The translations under genes and the position numbers were made by a program. A DNA stretch of 64,000 nucleotides from Patescibacteria group bacterium (GTDB taxonomy: Bacteria; Patescibacteriota; Minisyncoccia; Phycocordibacterales; JBBTRF01): NCBI GenBank assembly GCA_038065315.1, contig JBBTRF010000002.1:12021-76020 (forward strand), given 5' to 3'. Of the stretch, positions 30,141 through 38,837 are shown one piece after another. The stretch's first letter is position 1. Every line of letters starts with the position of its first letter. The notes under the pieces were generated by a model that did no database searches, was not told the DNA's origin, and saw only the letters and a program-made list of their open reading frames with translations.

Positions 30141-31953
30141 GGTATTTTTTGTGAGACTGTAGCCAGATTTCCAGGCAGTACAGTACCCAGATCTTGTAAT
30201 GATATTCATCTTTACCCTCGACGTAGAATCGGTGAAGCAATGCCTCGACCGCTTCTTTGTTCATCATTGAAAAGATCTCCGCCTTTGGGTCGGATAGCGT
30301 CTTCTCCACTTCGGTTTTAAATGCGCCTTCTCTTAGCCATTTCTTCACCGGTGCACCAAAGCCTTGCTTGCGACGATGAACGAATTCCTGCGGCATCACC
30401 TCGCCGAGCAGGTCCTTGAGGATGCGTTTGTATGTCGATCCATCGGTTTTGTATTCATCGGGTAGGTTGTACACGAATTCCGCCAGCTTGTGGTCGAGGA
30501 AGGGCGAGCGCACTTCGAGTGAGTTCATCATGCCGGCTCGGTCGGCTTTCACCAAAAGGAGGCCAGGGAGGTAGGTGGTGAGGTCGAAGAGGTTGATCTT
30601 TCGGGCGGATGAGAGGGTCGAATGCGCGACTTGTGTATTGATGATACCGCCACCTTCATTGCTGCTGCCAGGTTGTTTCTTCCACAGTCGTCTTTTTTCA
30701 GATGAACTGAATACGCTGATTGCTCGTATGTATCCAGCAAATGGGCTCAGAAATACTTTCTCAATAAAATTCTTTCGGTACGACAGATGCTTGTGTCGAG
30801 TGTACCAACCATAGCCCAGGAAGAGTTCGTCTGCGCCGTCACCAGAAAGTGCCACCTTCACTTTCTCAGCGGTAGAGCGGGAGAGAAGAAACTGAGGGAA
30901 GTCCGATGAGTCGGCGTGTGGTTCGTCAAAATATGCGAGGGCACTACGGAGCTCGCCAACAGCGTCATCTTTGGCTTGTAGGGGGTAATGTTCGGTACCG
31001 ATCTTCTGAGAAGCCTCGAGGGCGAAGGGGAGTTCGTTGATATAGTTTTGGTACCCGATTGAAAAAGTCTTGATTGGGGTCTTGGAAAAAGATTGTGCGA
31101 GGTGGGTGACCAGCGTGGAGTCTACGCCGCCAGAGAGGAAGGAACCGATCTCTACGTCGGCGATCATGCGCTTGCGCACTGCATCGGTGAGTAGTCTTCG
31201 GACGCCCTCCTTTGCCTCAGCGTATGTCAGTGTTTTTGTGTCGGTTCCGTTCGGTACGGTTTTTTCAAGTTTCCAGTACTGAGAAATCACCAAACGATCT
31301 TCAGTGTTTGTATTCTGAAAATCCAAAGTTGCACAAGACGCCGGTGGTAAGGTGTAAATATTTTTGTAGGTAGTTTTCCATGGCGGGATGTACATCAAGG
31401 TGAGATAGTCGTCGATGGCGGCTGGATTGAGTACGCCCTTTATTTTCCCCGATGCGAAGATTGCCTTGATTTCTGAGGCGAATATCAACGCACCGTTTTG
31501 GTCGTACGCATAATATAATGGCTTTTTCCCAAATCGATCTCGTGCCAAAAAAAGCTGCTGCTTTTCATCATCCCAAATAGCGAAAGCAAACATGCCGTCG
31601 AGATGTTTCGGACACTCAGCCCCGTATTCTTGGTAGGCTTTCAAAATCACCTCGGTGTCTGAATTGGTCGAGAAAGTATGACCTTTTTTTTGAAGCACAC
31701 TGCGCAGCTCGCGATAATTATAGATCTCGCCGTTGAAAGTTACGGTGAGGTTATTTGCGTTGTCCCGCATCGGCTGATGTCCGCCAGAAAGATCGATGAT
31801 CGAGAGTCGTGTTTGCGCTAGGACACATCGGTTGTATCGCGCGATCCCCTTGTCGTCTGGACCTCTCTTGGCTAGTGTGTCGAGCATCGAGCCGAGCATT
31901 CGGTCGTCGTATGTCTCAATGTTTGCGCCGGTAATGCCCAGGATTCCGCACAT
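30127..31953 (-). CDS. asnB: asparagine synthetase (glutamine-hydrolysing), WbpS-type amidotransferase
   Basis: MCGILGI N-terminal nucleophile Cys2, SGGVDST PP-loop. Confidence 0.85.
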   Translation of the reverse strand: MCGILGITGANIETYDDRMLGSMLDTLAKRGPDDKGIARYNRCVLAQTRLSIIDLSGGHQPMRDNANNLTVTFNGEIYNYRELRSVLQKKGHTFSTNSDTEVILKAYQEYGAECPKHLDGMFAFAIWDDEKQQLFLARDRFGKKPLYYAYDQNGALIFASEIKAIFASGKIKGVLNPAAIDDYLTLMYIPPWKTTYKNIYTLPPASCATLDFQNTNTEDRLVISQYWKLEKTVPNGTDTKTLTYAEAKEGVRRLLTDAVRKRMIADVEIGSFLSGGVDSTLVTHLAQSFSKTPIKTFSIGYQNYINELPFALEASQKIGTEHYPLQAKDDAVGELRSALAYFDEPHADSSDFPQFLLSRSTAEKVKVALSGDGADELFLGYGWYTRHKHLSYRKNFIEKVFLSPFAGYIRAISVFSSSEKRRLWKKQPGSSNEGGGIINTQVAHSTLSSARKINLFDLTTYLPGLLLVKADRAGMMNSLEVRSPFLDHKLAEFVYNLPDEYKTDGSTYKRILKDLLGEVMPQEFVHRRKQGFGAPVKKWLREGAFKTEVEKTLSDPKAEIFSMMNKEAVEALLHRFYVEGKDEYHYKIWVLYCLEIWLQSHKKYHVAD

Positions 31954-31977
31954 AATAATAGTTGATTAAATAAAAAA

Positions 31978-33240
31978 TTACGGGTGCTGGGTGAATCTAA
32001 AGTCGAACAGCACCTTGCTTGGTACTGGCGGCAGCCGCTTGGTGCGATAGAAGCCGGCATTGTCGACGTTGATGACCGCAGCGTCGACAACAACATCGAG
32101 GATCTCGGAGTTCAGGCTATCGGTGGCCATGAAGAGGTCAAGTAGGTACTCACCAGTTTCCAAGTTGAAATGTTTGATCTCTACTTCGATCATGCCTTTT
32201 CCGGGTTTGAGTTCGATCTTCTGATCGAGGACAGAGTTGGTGATATTCGACAGGTCTTCGCCTTTCGCATTTTTGATGCCGATGGATACTTTTGCATTCA
32301 CGTACGGCGTAATCGTTTTATTCACATAGCCGATGGCGAGTCGCAGTAAATGCTTCTCTTGGTCCATCTCGATGACTTCGCACGAGTTGAAGCGTACAAA
32401 GCCGCTGCCCTTGCGATCTGTGCGTGCGCCGAGGTCAGAGTCGCTCATTTCTTTTCGAGTGTGTAGGTAGAAATCAATGACCTCTTTTGTGTTGCCGACC
32501 ATCTTTACTCGGCCGCCATCAATCAGCACACATTTGGTACAGAGCTTTTCGACGGCCGCCATGTTGTGGCTCACGAAGAGGATGGTTCGGCCGGTTTCCT
32601 TCACCACTTCTTCCATTTTGCCAAGACACTTCTTTTGGAATTCCGCATCACCAACAGCCAACACTTCATCCACAAGCAGAATGTCGGGCTCCATGTGTGC
32701 TGCGACGGAGAACGCCAGGCGTACGTACATGCCGCTCGAGTAATATCGCACTGGCGTGTCGAGGAATTTTTCTACGCCGGAGAAGGCGACGATGGCATCG
32801 AACTTCTGCGAGATTTCTTTCCGAGTCATGCCCAAGATCGCTCCGTTTAGATAGATATTTTCTCGGCCGGTGAGTTCAGGGTGAAAGCCTGTGCCCACTT
32901 CGAGGAGGGAAGCCACTCGTCCGCGCATGATGATCTCGCCTTCAGTCGGCGGGGTGATACCGGTGAGGATTTTCAAGAGAGTGGATTTGCCGGCGCCGTT
33001 CGAACCGATGATACCGATAATCTCACCTTTGTTGATTGATAAATCCACCTCCCGGAGCGCCCAAAAGGCTTCCTTGGTATCTATTCCCATTGCCGTTTTT
33101 GCTTTGTGTGCGGCAAAGCGGAAAGGATTTTTAAAAATATTTGCCAGAACGTCGCGCAGTGCAATGTAACCGCCCGCGCTGTGGCTGATGGTGTACTTCT
33201 TGCCGATTCCCTTGATTTCGATGATTGGTTGCATGGTCAT
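31978..33240 (-). CDS. wzt: O-antigen/teichoic-acid export ABC transporter ATP-binding protein with C-terminal glycan-binding extension (Wzt/TagH-like)
   Basis: GSNGAGKSTLLK Walker A, LSGG-like signature YSSGMYVRLAFS, Walker B ILLVDE; about 170-aa C-terminal beta-rich extra domain. Confidence 0.8.
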   Translation of the reverse strand: MTMQPIIEIKGIGKKYTISHSAGGYIALRDVLANIFKNPFRFAAHKAKTAMGIDTKEAFWALREVDLSINKGEIIGIIGSNGAGKSTLLKILTGITPPTEGEIIMRGRVASLLEVGTGFHPELTGRENIYLNGAILGMTRKEISQKFDAIVAFSGVEKFLDTPVRYYSSGMYVRLAFSVAAHMEPDILLVDEVLAVGDAEFQKKCLGKMEEVVKETGRTILFVSHNMAAVEKLCTKCVLIDGGRVKMVGNTKEVIDFYLHTRKEMSDSDLGARTDRKGSGFVRFNSCEVIEMDQEKHLLRLAIGYVNKTITPYVNAKVSIGIKNAKGEDLSNITNSVLDQKIELKPGKGMIEVEIKHFNLETGEYLLDLFMATDSLNSEILDVVVDAAVINVDNAGFYRTKRLPPVPSKVLFDFRFTQHP

Positions 33241-33256
33241 GTGTTTTGGATGGCGA

Positions 33257-34093
33257 CTAGATCACGTCGGCAAAGTAGCGCTCGACCTTTTTGAAATATA
33301 CGGTACCGATCACGAGGAGCACGAGGCAGGCAGCGAAAGAGATTGACACCAACTCCCAATTGATGGGCGCTGTGCCCAACAAAGTTGCGCGTGCTGTTTG
33401 GATGACACCCATCATCGGGTTGAGTGCGAGTAGCCAGGAGTATTTTCCAGCAATACTCGCTGGATAGATAACCGGTGTCACAAAGAGGAGGGTTTGAATG
33501 AAAAAGGGCAACACGAAACGCACATCGCGATACTTCACGTTGATCGCCGCGAGGAAGAGCCCGCCGCCGACCGCGGCCATAAAGGTGATGATGAGTAAGA
33601 GTGGAATCACGGCAATACTTGCAAGCTCCGGCACGTATCCGTAGTAGATCATCATGCCGGCGAGAATAAAAGCGGCAATGGCGAAGTCGACGAATTTGGT
33701 GGTCACTGAAGAGAGCGGCAGAATCAAGCGTGGAAAATACACTTTGGTGATGATGGCCTGGTTTGAAATGAGTACGTTGCTTGTGTCGCTCAGTGCGCCA
33801 GAGAAGAATTGCCAGAAGAGTAGGCCAACATACACGAAGATTGGGTAAGGGACGTTGTCAGAAGGGATTTGAGCCAGTGTGCCGAAGAAGACGCTAAACA
33901 CCACCATCGTAATGAACGGCTGGAAGATCGCCCAGAGTGCACCGATTGCTGTCTGCTTGTAGCGCACCTTCAGGTCGCGCCACGTGAAGAAAGCAAGGAG
34001 CTCGCGATAATTCCAAACCTCACGAAAATCATAAAGGCTAAATGTCTTTTTTGGCCGAATGATATTTTCGATGGTCTCTGTTGAGGTGGGCAT
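33257..34093 (-). CDS. wzm: ABC-2 type polysaccharide export permease (Wzm/TagG-like)
   Basis: 278 aa, 6 TM, N-terminal WNYRELLAFFTWRDLKVRYKQTAIGALW ABC-2 signature. Confidence 0.8.
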   Translation of the reverse strand: MPTSTETIENIIRPKKTFSLYDFREVWNYRELLAFFTWRDLKVRYKQTAIGALWAIFQPFITMVVFSVFFGTLAQIPSDNVPYPIFVYVGLLFWQFFSGALSDTSNVLISNQAIITKVYFPRLILPLSSVTTKFVDFAIAAFILAGMMIYYGYVPELASIAVIPLLLIITFMAAVGGGLFLAAINVKYRDVRFVLPFFIQTLLFVTPVIYPASIAGKYSWLLALNPMMGVIQTARATLLGTAPINWELVSISFAACLVLLVIGTVYFKKVERYFADVI

Positions 34094-34123
34094 GGTGAAG
34101 AGATGGGACTGAATTCTAGAATA

Positions 34124-34444
34124 TTACCACTTATTAATCTTCTTCACGACCTTCTTCTTCGCGCTCAAATACGTGCGGACGGCTTCACGCTCGAGTTCTG
34201 GAGAGACGAGGCGAAGGATTTCTTTGCCGAGAATACGGTACTGGCCACCCACTTTGTTGGCACGCAACAGGCCGCGTTTTAGGAGGCGCTTGATCGTGCT
34301 CTCGCTGATGCGCAGGATGTCCTGCGTTTCGTTGGTGGTATAGATGCCGAGCGGCGCAACTTCCGTAATACCGCTTGCGACAGAGGTGTTTTGGGTCAGT
34401 CGATTCATGAAGTACATAGTAGCAGAAAAGTCAAAAGGTGTCAA
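34124..34444 (-). CDS. helix-turn-helix (excisionase/MerR-like) DNA-binding protein
   Basis: 106 aa; YTTNETQDILRISESTIKRLLKRGLL HTH, Lys-rich C-terminal tail. Confidence 0.5.
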   Translation of the reverse strand: MTPFDFSATMYFMNRLTQNTSVASGITEVAPLGIYTTNETQDILRISESTIKRLLKRGLLRANKVGGQYRILGKEILRLVSPELEREAVRTYLSAKKKVVKKINKW

Positions 34445-34543
34445 AATGTGTCATGTGGATAATCGTCGGCGGGGTCGGCGCCGCCTATCGGTGCGTGATG
34501 GTTCCCAAAAGGGTGGCACCTTCGGCTTCAGTGCGGTATAGTT

Positions 34544-36802
34544 ATGCCCATGAATACTGAATATATTGCAAAATGGGTGGCTCGCGCAGGCATGTTCCTG
34601 CTTCTGATCGTACCTTTCGTCGTGGCCGATGGCATGCTCTTCCCGAATTCCTTCTTTCCATTTATCACCGGCAAAGCTTTCGTTTTTCGTTTTTTGGTGG
34701 AAGTGATTCTTGCGGCATGGCTCGTCCTCGCCTTTGTCGATGAACAATATCGCCCGCGCTCGTCCTGGATCGCGCGGGCTGTCGGCGTCTTCATCCTCGT
34801 CATGTTCATTGCCGACCTCGGCAGTGAAAATCCGTTCAAAAGTTTCTGGTCCAACTTCGAGCGCATGGAAGGCTTCGTCACGCTCATTCACCTCGGCGCC
34901 CTTTTCCTTGTGGCCGGTTCGCTGCTCAAAACCGAGGCTTTGTGGAACCGTTTCTGGCAGAGCTCTCTCGTGGCGAGCGTGCTCATGGCGGCGTACGGCC
35001 TGTTTCAGCTCGAGGGTTGGGCGTTGATTCATCAGGGCAGTACGCGCCTCGATGCGTCACTTGGTAATTCCGCCTATCTCGCGGCCTACATGATTTTCCA
35101 CGTGTTCATTGCGCTTTTCCTCTTGCTTCGCTACGTAAAAAAATACGCCGGCACTTCTCAGTGGTCGGCTTGGTTGCCTTCGCTCTATGGTGCAGCTGCC
35201 TTGCTCGACCTCACCGTCCTATATCACACCGCTACTCGTGGCGCCCTCATCGGTACCGCTCTTGGACTTACAGTGATCGCTGTTGGCTTGGCGGCTTTTG
35301 AAAAGGAACAGAAAGTCCTCCGCAATATCGGTATTGGTGCGCTCATTGCGATTGTGTTGGGTATCAGCGCCCTCTTCATTGGCAAAAATAGCGATTTCGT
35401 GAAGAAGAGCGAAGTACTTTCGCGTTTCAGCAGCTTGGCGACCTTCGATGTTTCCTCGATCGCGCAGGGCGAAGGGAAGTCCCGATTCAAGATTTGGAAT
35501 ATGGCCTGGGAAGGCGTGAAGGAGCGTCCGATTCTTGGTTGGGGACAGGAGAGTTTTAATTACCTTTTCTACAAACACTACTCCCCGGAGATGTATGACC
35601 AAGAGCCATGGTTCGACCGTGCGCACAATGTGTTTCTCGATTGGCTGGTGGCCGGCGGCTTTCTTGGCTTGCTATCATATCTCGCGATATTTGCTGCGCT
35701 CATTACGCTGGTCTGGAAAAAGCACATGCCATTCAGCTTGCCGGAACGGCTGACACTCATAGCTTTGGTGGTCGCATATTTTATCCACAATATTTTCGTG
35801 TTTGATCAGCTCGTGAGCTACCTCTACTTCTTCCTCGTGCTCGCGTACATCCACGCGCTGTATCATCACACTCGCGAGGGGCAGGGCGAGACGAAGGTCG
35901 GGATCTGGTGGAAGGCACATCGCCAAACGCTCGAAGATGCCGGCGTGCCTGTGGTGCTCGTACTGTTTGTTGCGGTCGTCTGGGCGGTGAATTGGAGCGG
36001 CTTCGCGCAGGCGACTCGTCTCATCGATGCCATCTCTCCACAAAAAGAGGGGTTGGCAAAAAATATCGAAATGTTTAAGGATGTTCTCGACCGTCGATCG
36101 ATGGGGTTGTATGAATCTCGCGAACGCCTTGCTGAAATAGCGGTGCAGATGAGCCGTGCAAATGTCGATCAGCTGCAGAAGACAGAAGTATTCAATTTGG
36201 CATATGCTGAACTCAAGAAGCAGCTCGAAGAGACTCCAAATGATGTGCGCTATCTCTACTTCGTGTCTTCTTTCTTGTCGTCGTACCAGCGATATTCAGA
36301 GGCTTTGCCACACGCGCTAAAAGCGGTGGAATTGTCGCCAAAGAAACAGATGTTGTTGATAAATCTCGGCGGTATTTATCTCAATATCGGGCAGGTAAAG
36401 GAAGCCTTGGCGGCATACAAGACGGCGTTCGACCTTGCTCCAAAATATGAAGAAGCACGATTGTCGTATGCGGTCGCAGCGGTATATGCAGGTGACGAGG
36501 CGTTGCAGAAACAGTTGCTCGAGCCGGTATACGGCACAACGCTCATGACTGATCAACGTTTCTTGCAGGCATATGTTAATACAAAACAGCCGCAAAAGGC
36601 GATTCGTGCGCTCAGCGCGTTGGTTGCAGCTACGGTGCCAGATGATTTGCAACTTCGGCTCAAGCTCGCTTCGTTGTATTTGCAGACTGGCGACAAGGCC
36701 GGAGCGATTGTCCAGGTGAAAAGGGCTGGCGAACTGCATCCGGAATTTGCTCAGGAAGTGCCGGCGTATTTGAAGGAGATTGCGAACTACAAAGGGAATT
36801 AG
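34544..36802 (+). CDS. O-antigen-ligase-like (Wzy_C) membrane protein fused to C-terminal TPR repeats
   Basis: 752 aa; about 10-12 TM N-half with ligase-type large periplasmic loop; C-terminal about 250 aa with TPR-like A/L/Y periodicity. Confidence 0.6.
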   Translation: MPMNTEYIAKWVARAGMFLLLIVPFVVADGMLFPNSFFPFITGKAFVFRFLVEVILAAWLVLAFVDEQYRPRSSWIARAVGVFILVMFIADLGSENPFKSFWSNFERMEGFVTLIHLGALFLVAGSLLKTEALWNRFWQSSLVASVLMAAYGLFQLEGWALIHQGSTRLDASLGNSAYLAAYMIFHVFIALFLLLRYVKKYAGTSQWSAWLPSLYGAAALLDLTVLYHTATRGALIGTALGLTVIAVGLAAFEKEQKVLRNIGIGALIAIVLGISALFIGKNSDFVKKSEVLSRFSSLATFDVSSIAQGEGKSRFKIWNMAWEGVKERPILGWGQESFNYLFYKHYSPEMYDQEPWFDRAHNVFLDWLVAGGFLGLLSYLAIFAALITLVWKKHMPFSLPERLTLIALVVAYFIHNIFVFDQLVSYLYFFLVLAYIHALYHHTREGQGETKVGIWWKAHRQTLEDAGVPVVLVLFVAVVWAVNWSGFAQATRLIDAISPQKEGLAKNIEMFKDVLDRRSMGLYESRERLAEIAVQMSRANVDQLQKTEVFNLAYAELKKQLEETPNDVRYLYFVSSFLSSYQRYSEALPHALKAVELSPKKQMLLINLGGIYLNIGQVKEALAAYKTAFDLAPKYEEARLSYAVAAVYAGDEALQKQLLEPVYGTTLMTDQRFLQAYVNTKQPQKAIRALSALVAATVPDDLQLRLKLASLYLQTGDKAGAIVQVKRAGELHPEFAQEVPAYLKEIANYKGN

Positions 36803-36819
36803 GCGGTCGCTACAGGTGG

Positions 36820-36847
36820 TTGCACCCGCCGAGGCCGGTGGTATAAT
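36820..36847 (+). promoter_or_regulatory. sigma70-like promoter (TTGCAC-16-TATAAT)
   Basis: TTGCAC 36820-36825, TATAAT 36842-36847. Confidence 0.4.
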
Positions 36848-36853
36848 AGACAG

Positions 36854-36929
36854 GTGAGTGACTGACAACCTGTTGGACACCCAAAAAATGTATACGTGAG
36901 TCCCCGCCTTGGCGGGGTTTCGCGTTTTT
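36854..36929 (+). ncRNA. candidate small RNA or attenuator leader (promoter + about 75 nt + intrinsic terminator) upstream of murB
   Basis: predicted TSS about 36854; internal hairpin ACAGGT-N12-ACCTGT (36850-36873); terminator hairpin CCCCGCC-TT-GGCGGGG 36902-36917 followed by TTTCGCGTTTTT. Confidence 0.35.
36902..36929 (+). terminator. Rho-independent terminator
   Basis: 7-bp GC stem CCCCGCC/GGCGGGG, 2-nt loop, U-tract. Confidence 0.6.
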
Positions 36930-37082
36930 GGCCGGCGCGGTATGATAGGAGGGCGGGCCTTTCTCGGCCTGTTGTGTCCGGCGATGGTGAGCGGCTGCAC
37001 TCACATAATACATTACATTTGGAGCCGACTCCGCTCACCATCACTCGACGCAACGTATCTACCGCCCACGTTTTATTCTGAC

Positions 37083-38141
37083 ATGATCGCGATCCAAAAA
37101 AACGTTCCTTTGAGCAGCCTGACAACGTTTCGCGTTGGCGGTGACGCTGCATATTTCTGTGAAGTGCGGACGCCGGTGGAGCTTGCGGAAGCATCGGCGC
37201 TGTTTGTGAAGAACCGGCAAACGTATGGCAGTTTTTTCATCCTCGGCGAAGGTTCGAATACGCTCGCACTCGACGGTGGCTATGCTGGTCTCGCGGTCCG
37301 CGTGCTGATCAAGGGCGTGAAGTGGAAAGAGATTGTCGATGCTGCTGCGTGCGACAAGGTGGAGGTGGTGTCCGGCGGCGGGGAGCACTGGGATGATCTT
37401 GTTGGACTCACTGTGGGCAAGGGCTATTATGGCTTGGAAAATTTGTCGGGGATTCCTGGGACGGTCGGTGCCGCGCCAGTACAAAATATCGGCGCGTATG
37501 GTGCGGAGGTGAAGGATTGCATTTCTTTTGTTGAAGCGTTTCACTTTGAGACCGGTGAGACGCGGATGTTTACGCCCGAAGAGTGCTGTTTCGGGTATCG
37601 GGACAGTTTTTTCAAGAGTGTTGAGGGCCGCTTGTGGGTGATCACGAAGGTAGGTTTTTTGCTCGACAAAAAAGGCCGCGTCAATATTGGCTACAAGGAT
37701 CTGAAGACGCGATTTACTGAGCGATATTCGAGCCAAGTGTCGCTCGCGGAGGTGCGCGATGCTGTTTTGGAGATTCGCAAGCAAAAGTTGCCGGATATTT
37801 CGCTGCTTGGTACGGCCGGTTCGTTTTTCAAAAATCCAATCATCCGCGCGGAGCTGTACAAGGAGCTGCAGGAGGAGTATCCGGCCATGCCGGGCTTTGT
37901 GGAGAGTGATGGGCGAGTGAAAGTGCCGCTGGCGTGGGTGCTCGACAACGTGTGTGGGCTGAAGGGATGGAAAAATGCGAATGGCCGCGTCGGACTCTAC
38001 GAAAAGCAGCCGCTCGCGCTGGTGAATTTTGGCGGCGCGACGGCTGCCGAAGTGGCCGACGCGGCCGAAATGGTCGCCCTGGCCGTGAAAGAGAAGACCG
38101 GTATCGAGATCGAGTGGGAAGTGCAAAAGCTTGGGGCGTAG
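37083..38141 (+). CDS. murB: UDP-N-acetylenolpyruvoylglucosamine reductase
   Basis: LSSLTTFRVGGDAAYF FAD-binding N-terminus, MurB C-terminal domain; start MIAIQK at 37083 (TTG-initiated ORF extension from 36909 not homologous). Confidence 0.75.
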   Translation: MIAIQKNVPLSSLTTFRVGGDAAYFCEVRTPVELAEASALFVKNRQTYGSFFILGEGSNTLALDGGYAGLAVRVLIKGVKWKEIVDAAACDKVEVVSGGGEHWDDLVGLTVGKGYYGLENLSGIPGTVGAAPVQNIGAYGAEVKDCISFVEAFHFETGETRMFTPEECCFGYRDSFFKSVEGRLWVITKVGFLLDKKGRVNIGYKDLKTRFTERYSSQVSLAEVRDAVLEIRKQKLPDISLLGTAGSFFKNPIIRAELYKELQEEYPAMPGFVESDGRVKVPLAWVLDNVCGLKGWKNANGRVGLYEKQPLALVNFGGATAAEVADAAEMVALAVKEKTGIEIEWEVQKLGA

Positions 38142-38313
38142 TCTTCGGTACTTCGTCGTCAGGTGCTATCAACAAGTTGCTATTGATTTTTTATATGTTA
38201 GGTGTACGCTGATAAGTAGGTTTTTCATCCAAGGTTTCCGGCGCTGTTCGCCTCGAGCGAATTAAGCAGTGCTTGAAGGAGGCTGAAGGTGATGAACAAC
38301 GAAAGGCACACCA

Positions 38314-38697
38314 GTGAAAGTCAATCAGTGGACATTGGGCATCGCGGCTGCAGGCGTCATCGCCTTCGCCACGCTCTGCTCGATCGCAGGCAAGTCTGAT
38401 CCGCCGGCACAAGTTGTCATCGGTCAGTCATCGCAAACGGAAATCATCGCGCAGTCCGACACCCTGGCCGAGGACATCTCGCCGCCACGCGTCGCTGTTG
38501 CCATCCAAAACGACGCCGTTGGCACCATCGCCAAGACCGACTCGAGCGCGTTCACTGAGAAGGAGGTGGTTGTCTTCGGACCGAAACTTGCCGGTGGTGT
38601 CGTCATTTCCAGCTTCGGCACCGCCTACTACGCCACTGTCGCGCACCTACATCCGCGCGTCTTGGCGATCCCGACTGCCGCCGCCGTGGTCGTCTAG
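38314..38697 (+). CDS. small secreted/lipoprotein-like hypothetical protein
   Basis: 127 aa, GTG start, signal-peptide-like N-terminus; Ala/Val/Thr-rich; weak coding evidence. Confidence 0.25.
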   Translation: MKVNQWTLGIAAAGVIAFATLCSIAGKSDPPAQVVIGQSSQTEIIAQSDTLAEDISPPRVAVAIQNDAVGTIAKTDSSAFTEKEVVVFGPKLAGGVVISSFGTAYYATVAHLHPRVLAIPTAAAVVV

Positions 38698-38837
38698 GTT
38701 TACAAGTTCACAGAAGTCATCTGAGCCTCGCGCTCAGGACCCCCCCGTACGGCTCACGCTGTGCGGGGCGGTTTTCTTTCATTTTTTCACGGAAAACCTA
38801 CCGAAAAAGGCCTCAATATGCTACTATTGTCCGACCA

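Noticed and set aside
37059-38126. 355-aa minus-strand ORF antisense to murB
   Set aside because: R/H/L-rich low-complexity translation, fully contained in murB; shadow ORF
38292-38399. Strong GGAGG-9-ATG start giving a 35-aa R/H-rich peptide
   Set aside because: Terminates after 35 codons and has arginine-rich nonsense composition; the SD may instead serve the GTG at 38314 or be fortuitous
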